NCBI GenBank assembly: GCA_012295275.1
Contig: CM022665.1
Location: 38,440,001-38,504,000 of the forward strand
Length of the DNA: 64,000 nt
Reading direction: 5' to 3'
Origin: Chrysomallon squamiferum
Lineage: Eukaryota; Animalia; Mollusca
The number at the start of each line of letters is the position of its first letter. Positions within the stretch are counted from its first letter, which is position 1. The position numbers and the translations under genes were made by a program. Shown in pieces: positions 13,824-28,759 of the stretch. Below the pieces are notes generated by a model that was not told the origin of the DNA, ran no database searches, and saw only the letters and a program-made list of their open reading frames with translations.

Positions 13824-14562
13824 AGCCCGAAAATAACCATAAAATACCCCACAAAAACAACAACAGCAAACAAACAAACAAACAAACTCTAAGAACGTAA
13901 ACATCCTCTTCACTCACACCTGATTTCTTCGTCCAGGTTATCGGAGAAAATTTTAATTTCATTTTGATCGATCAGCTCAAAGAAATACGCACACATTCTG
14001 ACACGCACCTGTTCACTGCAATGTCCGGCAAGGGTCGGCTGGTGCAGATATCTGACACACTGGCATTTAGTGTCCTGTGGTCATTATTGGTCATCGTAGA
14101 TTGTCTCAAGTAGTCAAAAAAACGGACATGACGGATTCGTCATAATTAAGGGAGTAAACAGTAATGCTAAAGTACGTGTATATTAAAATATATTTGTACA
14201 CATGTTAACACGTTTATTTTATTTTACACAAAAGTGTTTACTATCAAACGTACTGCGTGCGTACGTTGGTGCTTTTGTTTGCTTGTTGTTGTGATGAGAT
14301 TTCAGTGTAAGATTTTACTTCAGTAGTTCCTGTGAAAATGTCGAATTGCTTGATTTAATGGGTTTTAAAAATATTTTGATTATTACCAGAAAGGGAAGGC
14401 ATGTTACTCATGTTTTTTTTTTTTTTTTTCATTACTAGAATAGACTGAGATGTTAGAAACAAAACTATCATTTAGTCTTTCCGTTCATTTGTCTGTATGA
14501 CTCTGTTTCTGTATCTGTCTTTCTCTTTATATCTCTGTCTGTCTGTCTGTCTGTCTCTCTCT

Positions 14563-14597
<35 letters not shown>

Positions 14598-16964
14598 TAG
14601 TATAAATCTACGTCCGTATGAATTTTGGATATGCGTGTGTGTATGTATATTAGTGTGCATGCAAGTATGCACATGTGTATGATATTAATATGTGTACGAA
14701 TCATTTTTATATATGTGTGGGACTAATCTGAAGGCTAACTTTGGTGTTGGTGACAGAAGCGTGTTAGACGTAATGAGACGAGTTTTGCTGTGAATGATAC
14801 GTGATAAATCATGACAGCACATCACGCGTGATCGTCACCCTTTTGATAAAGCGTAGATACAGTTCGTCGACTTCTTTAAGAGCAAAGCTCTCGAGCAGAT
14901 TCTATTATCTCGAAGGAAAACGAGAAAAACGATAAGATGTAAAAATAACTTTCTACTTTGTACGGATTGTGCATGACGAAATAGACAGATGTTAGATCAA
15001 GAGGTGAAATAAAAGAAGAAGAAGAAGAAGAAGAAGACGACGATTAATTAAGAAGAAAATGTTACATGAACATTTACGATAACAAATATTATTAACCTAA
15101 ACTAATGCCATCACCGTACGGTGATAATAATCATCGTTATTTTACCACAAAACTACCACCACCACGACTGCTACGTCTAGCACCATCACCATCACTACAA
15201 CCACCACCGCCACCCGCCACCATCACCACTAAAAATACTACTACTAAAAACAACTAGTACTATTACTACTACTACGGCAACAATAACAACAACATTTACT
15301 TCTATCCTCACTTCCACTGTTATTATTACAATATTTATGAAAATATATAAATTAAAATTACGACAGAAACCTAAAACATACAAACAAAAAAACAAAAACA
15401 ATATGATATAACATGATACGGATATAATTATAACATCTTCCAGTACAACCAATTCGAAATAAAGAAGGCATTAGATTTTTGCCATCAACATCTTTAACAC
15501 CTGTGTATGTGTTTTCACCTTTCTCTTATGTTAATAATATTTTTTTTTCACCGAGTATTTGACAAACAGATATGTTTACAAACAACAAAAGAACAAGACG
15601 CCGGTCAAGCGGTGTTATAGGCGGGATCAATTGATGCCGCACAAAAGTAGTGAATCTATTGAAACTAGCGAAACGCCTTCACGCCGCTTTTACCATATGA
15701 TGAGATAGGCACCCGGTGACAAAACGATTGGTATCCCGCTTACTTTAACCAAGTCATTATTTTTGTTTTCTTTAAAAAAACAAAACAAAAAAACAAAACA
15801 GACGAGATATGCTATCTGATAAAAAAAAAAAAAAAAAAAAAATAATAAAAAAATAACCTTGCAATAAATGATTTTCCTTTCAGTTACTACAGTTAAATAC
15901 GTTGGTGTTTTTTAAACACATCTTTTACCAGTGGATGCTTAGTACGGACGACAATAGAGTTTTTTTTTTTTTCATTTCTCTCTGGTTGGAAAGGTTTACG
16001 TTTTTGTAGAGATCTTGTGGTCATCTTTTTTTCTTTTTTTTCACTTTATGGGCATATTGTCTAGAATTTTGTAATTATTTCCCTTGTTCATCACTCTTCT
16101 GAAATGAAGTACAATATATTGTGTATTGAAACATACCACTTACTTTTTAATAATTTATGTTTTGCTCTCGACATAAAAAAAAAGAAAAACATGTAGTGAT
16201 AAAATATACAAAACGTTTTAATAATTTTTATTAACTTTGGAAACAGATAATCATAGCACAGAGCAATGGCAATGCATGGGCGGGGCCATAGGAGTGGCTT
16301 CCTCGAGCTCAAAATTCTAAGGTTCACCACTGAACTGGTAGATGGGACTTGGGGAGGGCTAACGTCCACGGGTTGGGGGCGCAATACTTGTCTTGTCCCC
16401 GGTCTTTGCCAGCCCACGATGTACCGCTGGAATAGACAGACAGCATTTTGTTTAACAGCAGTGGCAGAAGAAAGTGTAAATTTTAGGATCACAAGAGAAC
16501 TGTGTAAAGCAAGCCAATCTTTCATTTACGGAAAATGAAATTAGTAAAAAACTTAAAAACTGATAAAATTAAATATCAGTGGACTTTTTTTTCCCAAAAC
16601 ATTTTAAAATATTAAAATTTCGTTTATTAATTAACTAAAGAACAGGCTTGAACCTCAGATGGAATTAGATGTCTAGTACCAAAATTATCTCAATGTTTGA
16701 AACAGTCATAATTATTACGAAGTGTAAAACTTTGATTCGTGAAAACCAAATAAATCGTTCATAATGATTAGAAATAATTACCCAAAATAATGAATAAAAT
16801 GGCGTCTATTTACGAAGACGAATGGTTGTAATTCCACAGAGTTAGTGCTTGAAAAGCGATTCAACATTGGATCTATCCTCCTAGGTGCTTGTTCTATGCT
16901 AATTTTCGAAATTCAACGACGTACTAACAATAAACATACTTCTGTATGGGGAAAAATATGAATG

Positions 16965-17062
16965 GACGAACGAATATAAAAATGTTTTAACGACCGTTCA
17001 ACATATTTTTAATGGTTACGTGGCGACAAACATATGGTTCGGGACTCTACTGATAAAGGAAC
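16965..17062 (-). mobile_element. Diverged SINE-like 3' tail fragment
   Basis: TTTTAACGAC..TCAACATATTTT..TGGTTAC.TGGCG.CAAACATATGGTT..GGAC resembles the reverse complement of a gastropod tRNA-derived SINE tail as I recall it; not database-verified. Confidence 0.5.
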
Positions 17063-18643
17063 ATCATCCATCCGTATACCATGACTAATCGACAGTTTTT
17101 CTTCTTCCTCTTTTTTCTCAGAATGTTATTATGTATGTCTGACTGTCTGTCTGTCTATCTGTCTGTCTGTCTCTGTCTTTCTCACACATACAAATATATA
17201 TGTATGCATGAATGTGTTTGAATGTAGGCTATGTGTGTGTGTGTATATATGTGTGCATGTATGTGTGTCTGTGTGTATGTATGCATATTTTATTAAGATT
17301 TAGAAGCCATTTATTTACGATCGATTTATTAAAAATCACTTGTTTTATTCAATACAGTGTTTATTTATACGATATTTCCCACTCTATAAAAATATATTTT
17401 ATTTTCTTTTATGACGATTGATGTTCACAAAGTAATATTTTGAAGATACAGTGGTAAATACGACTCATTCAGAACTTTCTTTCAAACTGAATTTCGATTT
17501 TAGAATTCAATAAAAAAAAAAAAAAAAAAAAAAATATTAAAAATGTTTTTTTTTTGTTACGCTATACTGAAGAAATCACGTAGCATTTTTTTTTTTTTAA
17601 TCTAGATAATCTGTTTATCTTTATCTTTCTTCAGGCTGTCTCTTTTAATTCAGGCAGGCTTCCCATGGCGTTGCAATTTCACAGATTTTCGCAAAAACAC
17701 CACCCCGTCAGATTATGTGTCCATTTCGTGTTATCTTTTACTTTCGAGGAGCATTCTTCACTCATTAGTTTCGTATTTCTCTTTCTCTCGTACCCACACA
17801 TCTCAAAAAGATTTTTCTGGTGGTAAAATTCCAGCATCGGATATCATCCACGAAATCTCTCAGAAATGAATACTTCGTCGTCAAAGTGAAAAGATCTTTT
17901 TACAATACTAAAAAATCGTTCGAATAATGGCGCATAATGGAGTGGCGGGGCAGACGATCAAATGGACGGCACATGATGTTTTCGGCAGACGACGGAAGAC
18001 GTGAGCAGACGACAGACCACACATTGCGGAATGGACATATCATCCGGTTTAGTCTGATCCACGACAAAAGATTAAGTTGAACATAACGAAAAGATCTCAA
18101 CTGGCACTCTGCCCATCTACTAAACTGAGGACAATAAAGTATCGGTTCTCTAAATTTCGGGCCTTAAATGTTCTATAATTATGTCACGGATACGTACCCT
18201 CTCCGAGATACATGGCGATAAAAAAAATTTTTTAAAATATGAGAAGAGGAAGAAGACAAAAATGAAAACGATAAAAAGAGAGAGAGAGAAAGATTTATAC
18301 GATACCGCGAAAAAGGGTAAGAGTTGAAACGTAGGTATTAATGTCAGGGTTTGTTCACAACAAATCTCCATTTAAGGATATTTACGATTGTTCGTCTTCT
18401 TGTCATTACGACTTTCGTTTCTAATTCACCTTTCTGTCCCATGGTCCATAAAGTACAGTGTAGAAAGCAATTGGCTTGTAAAAATGTACACAAAAGACAG
18501 GGTATTTACACGCTTTGACTTCTGTGATTAAAGTATAAACTTGTAATGTTTTGCAGACAAGCAGAGACCTGATATTAAGAAGAAAATTATCAGGTTAAAG
18601 TTAGCACAAGTGAAGAAGAACAACGAACAGAGACTAGAGACTG

Positions 18644-19232
<589 letters not shown>

Positions 19233-19942
19233 AATAAATCAAAATAAACAACAACAAAATAAAAACAAAATGTATTAACAAACTGCTGACTAGTGCACAT
19301 TCTCACTGTTTCATTCTGTCAGTGGGTTTGATTCATGAAAACTGGGTAATGTGAAATGTCGGTAGACCACTTAACCGACAATGGTGAAATCGCTTGTCGT
19401 CACGCACAACACTTCACGTGATTACAGCACGGCGGAGCTTATCAAACTGATCGACAGAGAGTGTACAGCAGCTCTACCAGACCTAGCCAAACTTGCAGTG
19501 TGTCTAAAGGTGGGGAACTGTAATTTTTTATTTTATTTTTTTAAAAATTTTAGTTCTCGAAGATATAGAGATCGTATCCTGACAGTTTTCTCGTGAAAAA
19601 GATAAAAACTTGTAAAAAAGAAAATTTGTGTGATCATCAGATCTTACTCGCAAAATTAATCAGATATGTGTGTTAGGTCATCATTACTTCGACACTTACG
19701 ACTTCATTTCCCACATGTATTTAACTAAAACATGTCTGTACTAATACGCACTTCTGGCACTGGGATGAAGCTGATTGTTGTGGTGTTCGGTTGGGCTGCT
19801 GGTTAGACTGGATGTTTAAAGAGTGATTGATGATGGTCTCACGATTATTATAATTACCCATTCCAACTAGTGCCCAGAATGTGTCGAGCTATCGTTTAAC
19901 CAGACTGTTCAGTATATACATACATATCATTACAATTACAAT

Positions 19943-20103
19943 TATAATATAATATAATATAATATAATATAATATAATATAATATAATATAATATAATAT
20001 AATATAATATAATATAATACAATTCAATGGAATATAATATAATACAATACACTATAGTATAGTATAATATAATATAATATAATATAATATAATATAATAT
20101 AAT
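19943..20103 (+). repeat. (AATAT)n pentanucleotide microsatellite
   Basis: Directly visible, with interruptions. Confidence 0.96.
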
Positions 20104-21049
20104 GTTTAAATGCACACATCAAAACAGTAACGGCTAATTAATGCGTAAAAATTCACTTGAACAAATGATACATTTAATTCTTTAATTAATACTGTCAAAG
20201 TCACAGATATGAACAATACTTGTATCAGGTTTCACGTAATGATCTTATGCTGTGACTTTTGCTTATTTAGTAAGTGACGTGTTTGTACTTGTTTTTCGTC
20301 AGTACACTAATTAATATTATAAACGTACCAGTGATTGTGTTCACAAATAAACGACTGTTATCAGTATAGGACTCATAACTGGCGTTTATGGATACATAAG
20401 TTTCAATATTCTAAGTTAAAGTGTGTGTGAAAAAAAATACGTTACAAATAACTTGTTTTGAAAACGAACTCTTTAAAACCCAGCCTTTGTTACAATTTTT
20501 TTTTTTTATGTTAAAGGATGATTTATAATTCAAGAAATAAACAAAGATTTAATTTCCATAAAAAAAAGAAAAGAATTTTAAAATCATTTGAAACCAACGC
20601 CTTTATTCAATAAGATTTACGACATCTATAATTTTTAATTTTTAATTTTTTTTTTTTTTTTTTTTTAAAGTTGCCGCTAAAATATATATATATATTTTTT
20701 GCATATAAATTGTTTAATATTTTCCAAATAAGTGACTAAATTTGCATAATATTTCAACTGCTTTGTTACACTTTGAAACATTAAAAAAAATCTCATGTCC
20801 GTGTATATTCATAAGGTTTGATATAACAATAAAGGTATTCACAGCTATACTGTCGCGGAGTGTAGATTGATGACCAATATCTCAGTATGCTGTAATTGTC
20901 CTCAAAGTATGTGTCATTCATAACTTATGTCACGGAGTACTAACAGAATCTATTTCGTAATTTGAATATTTTTTGTAATTGGAAGTGACAGGTAACGAGA
21001 AAAATGTGTTAAATACTGGACGAAAAAGTAATGATTAAAACGAAAGAGC

Positions 21050-21054
<5 letters not shown>

Positions 21055-21142
<88 letters not shown>
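21055..21142 (+). repeat. (GA)n microsatellite
   Basis: Directly visible. Confidence 0.97.
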
Positions 21143-21146
<4 letters not shown>

Positions 21147-21668
21147 TTGCATGTAATATTACATAACAAACTGATATTTATATAATAATACGGTACATTC
21201 GTGGTTTCGTACGTTTGTACGTAAGAATGTGTAGACACAAACATGTACGTACATACACACACATATATATATATATTGTACGTGCGTTTATATGATTATT
21301 TATGAATACTGTTAAATACATGCACATATTCATTCAAACACATAGATGCCAATATATCTGATGAAAGAGTGAAGGAAGTACAGAAATACAGAACAAATAG
21401 ATGAGAGTGAATGAGAGAGAGAAAGAGAGACATGGAGATGGAGACAGAGACTGAGATAGAGAGAAAGGAAATAATAACAATAAGAAAAACGAGAGAAAAA
21501 GCTAGATAGATTGTAACTGATATAAATTACAAGCTAAACAAAGAGAGAGAGAGACAGACACACAGACAGACAGAGAGGCACTGAACAAGAGACGAATCTT
21601 TTATTTTAGACAAGAGACGGATCTTTCAGGAGTTTAAAATACCGCGGTTCTATGAACTAAAATACGAG

Positions 21669-21705
<37 letters not shown>

Positions 21706-22124
21706 CAAACAAAAGAACATACTGGAGAGGTAAGTACGTCTTGCATCTATCAATCATCGCAAAAACCCGTCGATCCCATTTACCGGGGTTAAATGCGATT
21801 GACAAACAAGATAAAACGCTGCATTTTAAAGACCGCCTTTACACCACGCCTGTCGTCACCTTTTAATAATTTGCAATGTGTATTTGTTCTACGTCAACAA
21901 TAGCTGTTTTGTACCAAGATGATATCAGTGTCCCGAGTGCAAGCTGTCTGAGGGTCAGGCGAGCACATCCAGGCGATCTGTCAAGAGGGCCGCTGTAAGA
22001 GGAGAGGGTTGCGAGGTGCACAACACGTTGTAAATACTTCATGTCTATCGTGCCTGAGGTTTCTCTGAAGATGGACAGCGCGTTTGTCTGAAGGCGCGTA
22101 CACATATTGTGCAAACGTACGTAT

Positions 22125-22440
22125 TGTAGTCGGAGTGGCGATCTCACTTTGCGAGACTGGTTGCGGCGGACCGTAATTGTAATTAAAATGCGATCTCACG
22201 CGGCGAGCAGTCGTAACGGGTTGCTGATGATTTGCGATCTCACGCTGTGTGGGTAGACGTAACGGATTGTAGATCTCACACCGCGAAAGAAAGTAGCGAT
22301 CTGACACTGCGACTGGTTGAATTTGCGATCATCCGATGCGACTGGTTGTAACGGAGTGTAGACTGAAAATGCGATCTCACGCTAAAAATGGTCGAAATAT
22401 ATTGTACTTGCAATCTCTCGTTGCGTCTGGCCTTAGTGGA
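22125..22440 (+). repeat. CpG-rich degenerate tandem array, core GCGATCTCAC (8 copies)
   Basis: Core or variants at 22138, 22190, 22234, 22270, 22296, 22325, 22371 and 22410, with recurring GCGACTGGTTGTAACGGA-like flanks. Confidence 0.85.
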
Positions 22441-24303
22441 CTCTAGGAGATGAAATTTGTTTCAACAGTTAATTGTGTTAGTTATTTAAGTATGTCAAAT
22501 AGTAACTAGACTGTAATTTTATGTTTCAGTCTCAGTTTACGACTTGTCGCAAAAAGACTTTCCGTAACAAAGTTAAAATGTCATGCTAAGAAGTCACGCT
22601 CGTAACATGTAGATACAAAATATCTAAACATGTAGGAACTGCAAGAGTCATTTAAATGCTTTTTACTAAATGTTGTTCATAAGAACATCATCTGGACTTA
22701 GACTGTCTTCCACCAAATCGGTCAGCACGTAAAATTTAGTATTATCATGTTTTAGCATGCAACAGGTTGTTATCAATAGTCGAATCGCGAAAACGTGCCT
22801 TTATTCGAACTTTAGCAAAATATACTAAATCTTCCCGCTTGGAAATCCTATATACAAACCGCAGTCCCTGTTCAATACAACGTCTAAATCCTGACTATTC
22901 AACTGACGTGCCTATACACACGTTCAGGGAATCGCGGTAGATTATTTCGAATTGTGCAAATTATTAAATTCAATGTCCGTACGGCGTTTCGTCAGTAACC
23001 GATACCCTATTAACACAAATAAACAATGTCTGCGTCCGAATCGTAATACCTGCATGTGTATTGAGATACCTGAGTAAATAGTAGCTGAATTGCGTTATTA
23101 AAATTTATAAACGGGTGTACATAAACGATTCGGATTAAAGTAATCTTTATCCGGTCGGATCATGCCGGATTGTCTGCTTATGTTTAATCTCTCGTCTTTG
23201 GGATGTTGGCGAGGGTTCGATTTGTAATTTGGAAAATGTATATGGTATTTACATTTGTCGGTGATGTGGGTGAATGGTACCAGTATAATAGGTTTTTTTT
23301 ACTCTGGTATTTGATGTAATTATATAAATAATAGCAATATACACACGTACATACACGCATGTATCTTCCCATATACAAACGCATTCGCACAAATACAAAT
23401 ACGCATAAATACATGCATAAATCACATATATACATACATACAGGTGCAGACTGAATCATATGCACATACGAATACATACGTATACGAGGACAAATGCCCA
23501 CAGTCATACAGATAACAATACACACACACACGCATACATATGTTGTGGGTTTTTTTGGTTTAAATCACCTGATCCTTTTGTCTTTCAAACTTATGTGTAT
23601 ACCAGACATGATCAACAACAACATCAAAACAAAACCAAAAAATTAAAGTAAAATAAGAGTAAACAAAAAATTAAACAAAAGAAACAAACAAAAGAAAAAA
23701 TTCAAGAACAAAAGAACTGTAAATAAATAAAAAAAAGGCTAAAAATAAACAAAGGAAATAAAAACCACGTCAATAAACTAAAGAATTAGAAATAAAAAGC
23801 CTTAAAAAAGAAGAAAATATATTTTTTTTTTTTAAATTTATAAAAATAAATATAAAATAAAATTCTGCAACAGTAAACAGCAACAACAATAGAAACGGAA
23901 ATCGAAAACAACAACAACAACAACAAAAACACCCCAAGACCTCCAAAACTACCTCAACAAAACAAATCATAAATTTAAAATTAAAATCATAAAAAAAAAA
24001 AAAAAAAAAAGATATTAAAAATTAGCAGGAATGCTTGCAATGTGTTAGTCTGGGTGTGTTTCGTTTTAAAATAATGCCGTATTGTTCTAAATCCGTGGAT
24101 ATTACGAACACAGTTTTTAACCCTTCGACTTCTAAGCCGTGATAGAAATCTAAATTCGTTCTAGTTCACTGAAATCAGCTGAATTAAAATCATTTAATCA
24201 TGAAAGAAATTAAATACCAACTAAATCATTACTACGCGTTTTTGCAATAGACACGGTGGCACCTACCACTGGCAGAACAAAACATAACTTTCACGATTCC
24301 ACA

Positions 24304-24443
24304 CAGGCGGATCCAGAGGCGCGTCTACTGCACGCACCCCTCTTCCTTTGCCCCTTGGGTATCAGTTTATCATAATCCTCGCAAGTCAGAACAACAACAG
24401 CAAGGGTTTATACCCCTCTTTTCTGAAATGTGGACCAGCCCCT
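24304..24443. mobile_element. ~140-bp degenerate MITE with GGCGGATCCAG-type termini
   Basis: Left end CAGGCGGATCCAG. The right end CCCCTCTTTTCTGAAATGTGGACCAGCCCCT, reverse-complemented, resembles 3363-3390 (GGGCGGATCTGAATTTCAGAAAAGGGG). Related termini occur at ~36790-36812 and ~6955-6975. Confidence 0.55.
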
Positions 24444-24770
24444 TTTGTAAAGCGTAATGCTTAAGGGCAAGTGCTTTACTGAGCGAATTGTGATATAAAA
24501 AGAAAGCAGAAAAGTAAAGGAAATGAAGAAAACGTAATAAAGATAAAGTAAATGGATTTGTCGCATATTTGTCTAAGTCGTTGTCCTCGCGGGCCGCGGT
24601 AACAATGCGTGTTAACGAGAGACGTTATGTTCTTACTGCACCGAAGTAACTCATTATCTCTGCGAGAAGCAGTGTATAATGTACTGCAAGAAACAATGCG
24701 TACTGTACCGTTCTAAATGAGATCGCATTAATCACGCGATGCATACCAGTATAAAGTAAAATATATAGCT

Positions 24771-25045
24771 AGTTTTGTCTGATGACACCCACCAAAGCTC
24801 TTTGATTAATTTTCTGACATTGGCTGTCAGAAAGTCAAATATTTGGTATTTTTGATATCCCGAAAATATTCAGCTCAAACCATTACATTTTTTTTTTTTT
24901 TTTTTTTTTTTACCCCAATGAATAATGAGGGATCCTTTTGTATGCACCTTAGCACAGTTAGGAAAAAAAACACAACATACTATGATCTTTTATAAAAACG
25001 TGCCTACCTCAGAAATTGCACTGTCGGCTGTTTGGAACATATAAA
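24771..25045 (-). mobile_element. Diverged SINE-like copy (longest in window)
   Basis: TTTTGT.TGATGACACC...TTGATT...TGGCT...GTCAAATATTTGGTA.TTTTGA...AAACC..TACATTTTT...AGGGATCCTTTTGTATGCACC...CACAG. The GGGATC.TTT..ATGCA core recurs at ~47166. It matches my recollection of an abundant gastropod SINE. Confidence 0.6.
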
Positions 25046-25444
25046 TAAATACATATATGAAAATATATGGCGCGTAACTTATAGTTAGTTTTTTTTTTAA
25101 AAATGAATAAAGAAGTCTTTCATCGACGTATGATGCTTAGGTTGAAATCTGTTGAAAATCATACTGTTCAGCCTCTGTTTAAACATGTTTATCATGTGTA
25201 TAATACCTCACATGTAAATTACTCTGAATGATAGGTGGATGGAGATTATTCCTACATCAGTACAGTACTAGACTAGTGAAAACATAAGCATGCTTTACAC
25301 AGACGCGATTTTATATTACACAAGTTCTGCTCGAGTTTTAATTCAGAATTTGTACAATAACATAGTTAAAATGCACCTAATCTTTATCTTATAATTTTAA
25401 CAAAACTTTTGGTTACACAGATCGTACAGTATAGTAGATAAGGA

Positions 25445-25720
25445 CACGTACAGATTCAGTTATATCCAAAACCTGAGATCCTTAATTTTAGGAAAAAAAA
25501 ACATTCAAACACTGAAGTGAGTGGCAGTCTGGATATTAATTGTAAGTACAAATTTTCGTCGGATGCTTTGATTTCAGTTTCCAAATCCAGGGATGCTTGG
25601 TTCGAAAGAAAAGATTTTCTAAGTACAAATCTTCACTGCACGCATTGATTCAGTTGTTTCCAAGACCAGTGAGTGTTGATACTGAGAAAGATACTACTAA
25701 AGTATAAACTGCTCGTGACA
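25445..25720 (+). repeat. Degenerate 77-79 bp tandem repeat (~3 copies)
   Basis: TAAGTACAAAT at 25543 and 25620, AAAGTATAAAC at ~25699; GATTCAGTT..TCCAA recurs. Confidence 0.6.
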
Positions 25721-25887
25721 AATTGCTGTTACGCCTTCATCGAAAGTTTAGTGTAATTCTTTTTCTTCTTCTTCAGTGAATGGGACTATCAAAACATCAT
25801 ACCACGCCTTCGCAAAGCGTGCAAGAAAATAGGTTAATCTATTCCAAGGACATTTGTTTGTTTCTTCTGCGTCGTGCGAGATGCAAC

Positions 25888-25921
<34 letters not shown>

Positions 25922-25925
25922 AAGA

Positions 25926-25963
<38 letters not shown>

Positions 25964-27499
25964 GTGTTAGTGGTATTAAACTCTAGTATTTACAAACAGG
26001 CGATGTTTGTATTTGCCTTCTGTGGACTTGCGAAATCGTTCCACGAAGCACGAAGTCCGCGTTTGCACTCGATTAGCGTTTATATGGTTTAGAAATAGTA
26101 AAAACGTACGCAACGATTTTCGTTTTTCTCCGACATCTCGAGCTTAATTGATATTCATCGCTAACACTCGCCGGTGCTGCAGAACCATTAAAAACAATTT
26201 TATTATCGAGAAGAAATTCGAGTATTTAATTTTATGTGGGTTTAAAAATCATTCTAGCAGAAAGATTCTGAATGAATTAACGTAAAAACATTTTCTTTGA
26301 CGACGGACATAAAAATTTCTAAAGGGTTGAAAAAGAAGATGGAAAAAAAAAAAAAAAAAAAAAAAAAATGATGTTCTGTTCACGTGTTTCCAACGACTGC
26401 AGGTGACATTAATAAATATGTCATGTACATTTACTCAGCGAATGAGGGTGAAACCGAACAGCGGGATGCAATGGCGCTGTCAAGGATACCAGGATAATTA
26501 AAGAGTTGGTGATTTCACTCCCGAAACTGAACTAACCCTCCAACACGCTAACTTAATGACATTTTGGTTGGAGAAATGAAACTTCTATATCGGATATATA
26601 TATCAATAAGACACATATTTACCAACGGTTTAATGAGTATGAAAAAAAAAAAAAAAAAAAAAACGAATTTCTATTGAATCACTGACGTTTAGTATAATTT
26701 ACAATTAATCTTCATTTAGCAACATATGCATCAATATACACGTAGAAATGTACACAACATATTCTTTTATAAACCATATTGACAGACTATCTAGAACGGG
26801 AAATAACATAATAGTACTGCTGAACAGGATCGTTTCAGCCACTCTCAGTTACAGTAGTTGTACTTACATGAAAAACTGGCAAACTAGTTTGTACACACAC
26901 GCGCACACGCGCGACTACATACATACATGCAAACATACAAACACACATACACACATACATATTTATATAAAAACACAAAAACACATTCAAATATACATAC
27001 ACACATATAATCCGAGCAGAAACTTTAACATTTTTCAACGTAAGTAACAAAACTGTTGATAACAAAACCCATACCTTTTAGGATCAAATCGTGCCTAATT
27101 CTAGAACTAACTGGAGTTATGTATATACATATATTACATTACTCAATGCCTTTTTTTTTTTTCTTTGATAGCTCATCAAATTCAGTAGCACAAACATTAA
27201 CACCTTGGTTGAATGAATAAATTAACCTCAACAAATTTTAATACGCTGTTATGTAATAGATATTTTTGGAGGGGGGGTAAGTGGGTTGGTTGATCTGGTA
27301 GGGAGACGGGACTGCAATGACAGGCAGTTTTTACTGAATAGCAGGGGATCCATTTTATGCGTTTTACAACAAAGATGAAAGCACATAACATAACATTCGA
27401 TACATCATTCATGGAACACTGACTGGAACATACCGTAAACGATCGTCTGGTTATTATTCAGAGCTAAATTCTGAATTCTTAATGCCCTTGTTACTCTCG

Positions 27500-27906
27500 T
27501 TCGTGTACTTTTCTGCAGCTGCTGCAACTACTTCGACTACTACTACAACAACAGCCATTAATAATAACAGTACTCCTCCTCCTCCTAACACTTTTATTAT
27601 TATTACTATTTTTGCTAGTACCACTGCTGATAACACAACGACAATAATTACAATTACTACTACTACTACTGTTACAGATACCAATTACAAATAATGCTAC
27701 TACAAATTCTACAATTATTTATATACTGTTGCTATTTATAACATTACTTTTCTTTTTTCTTCTTTTCTTCTACTACTAACTGTTACTATTTATACTATAA
27801 CTATTACTGTTTGCTTTTTGCTTCTAATTACTCCTACTACTAACACTACTACTACTACATACTATCACTGCTTCTAATACTACTTTATTCTACTGCTGCC
27901 ACAGAA

Positions 27907-27984
<78 letters not shown>

Positions 27985-28165
27985 AAGAAGAAGAAGGAAG
28001 ATAAGAACAACAGCAAGAACAATCACTGCAACAAGGAGTAACCCGAAGAAAAAAAACAACAAAAAAACCAACAACAAAACAACAACAAACAAAACAAATA
28101 ATAACAACTCCCCCACCCCCTCCTCCAATAAAAACAAATAAAACAAACAACGAAAACAACTAAAA
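27500..28165 (+). repeat. ACT-rich low complexity followed by (AAT)n(AAG)n and AAC-rich tract
   Basis: (AAT)n(AAG)n at 27907-27995. Confidence 0.93.
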
Positions 28166-28715
28166 CTGAATCAAATGTGGTTTTTTTTTCCCGCTTCTTG
28201 TGTTTTGCTCTTCATTTTAACCGCAGCACATCAAACGTGTTAACACTCTCTTCTCCAAACACTGCACATCTGAGTACAATTTCTAAGAAAGAAAAAAAAC
28301 AGCCATGCTCGAATTAACACAGCATGTATTCACATTTGCCTTTCTGATCTTTAAGTTAAGAACTTAAAAATCACACAGCATATTAATACACCTGCCCCCA
28401 TACAGGGGGAAGATCAAAGTTTTTTTGTCAAAACTGAAGATGTTATGAAACGCCCTGTTTCGTATTTGCATGCGACAAAATTAAATATTTACAAAGCCGT
28501 TCTGTTACAAAAAGCTTAAAATTTCTCAACATTAGCAGGGTATGTTGATACAGTGTTCAGAAAAGGGAGATGAAAAGTGTCTTCTTCATCCTTCGTCGAT
28601 GATTTTTTGATTCATCGCAGAAATAAGTTGTTGGCAATACGTACTGATGTATGGTTTTTAATATTTCATCTACTTAGCGCCATTGCGTTATGTAATTTGA
28701 TGTTGCGGTTTATAT

Positions 28716-28759
<44 letters not shown>

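Noticed and set aside
15630-15660. SECIS-like TGAT...AAAA...GAAT arrangement
   Set aside because: Stem between core and loop is too short, and no selenoprotein CDS is nearby.
16091-16538. Overlapping 144-aa and 90-aa ORFs in a GC-richer patch
   Set aside because: No recognisable domain; the G/C-run motifs look like a decayed MITE interior.
22138-22419. CRISPR-like repeat-spacer appearance (also 20-385 and 38917-39262)
   Set aside because: Eukaryotic context, cores only ~10 bp, spacers homologous to each other and irregular, no cas genes.
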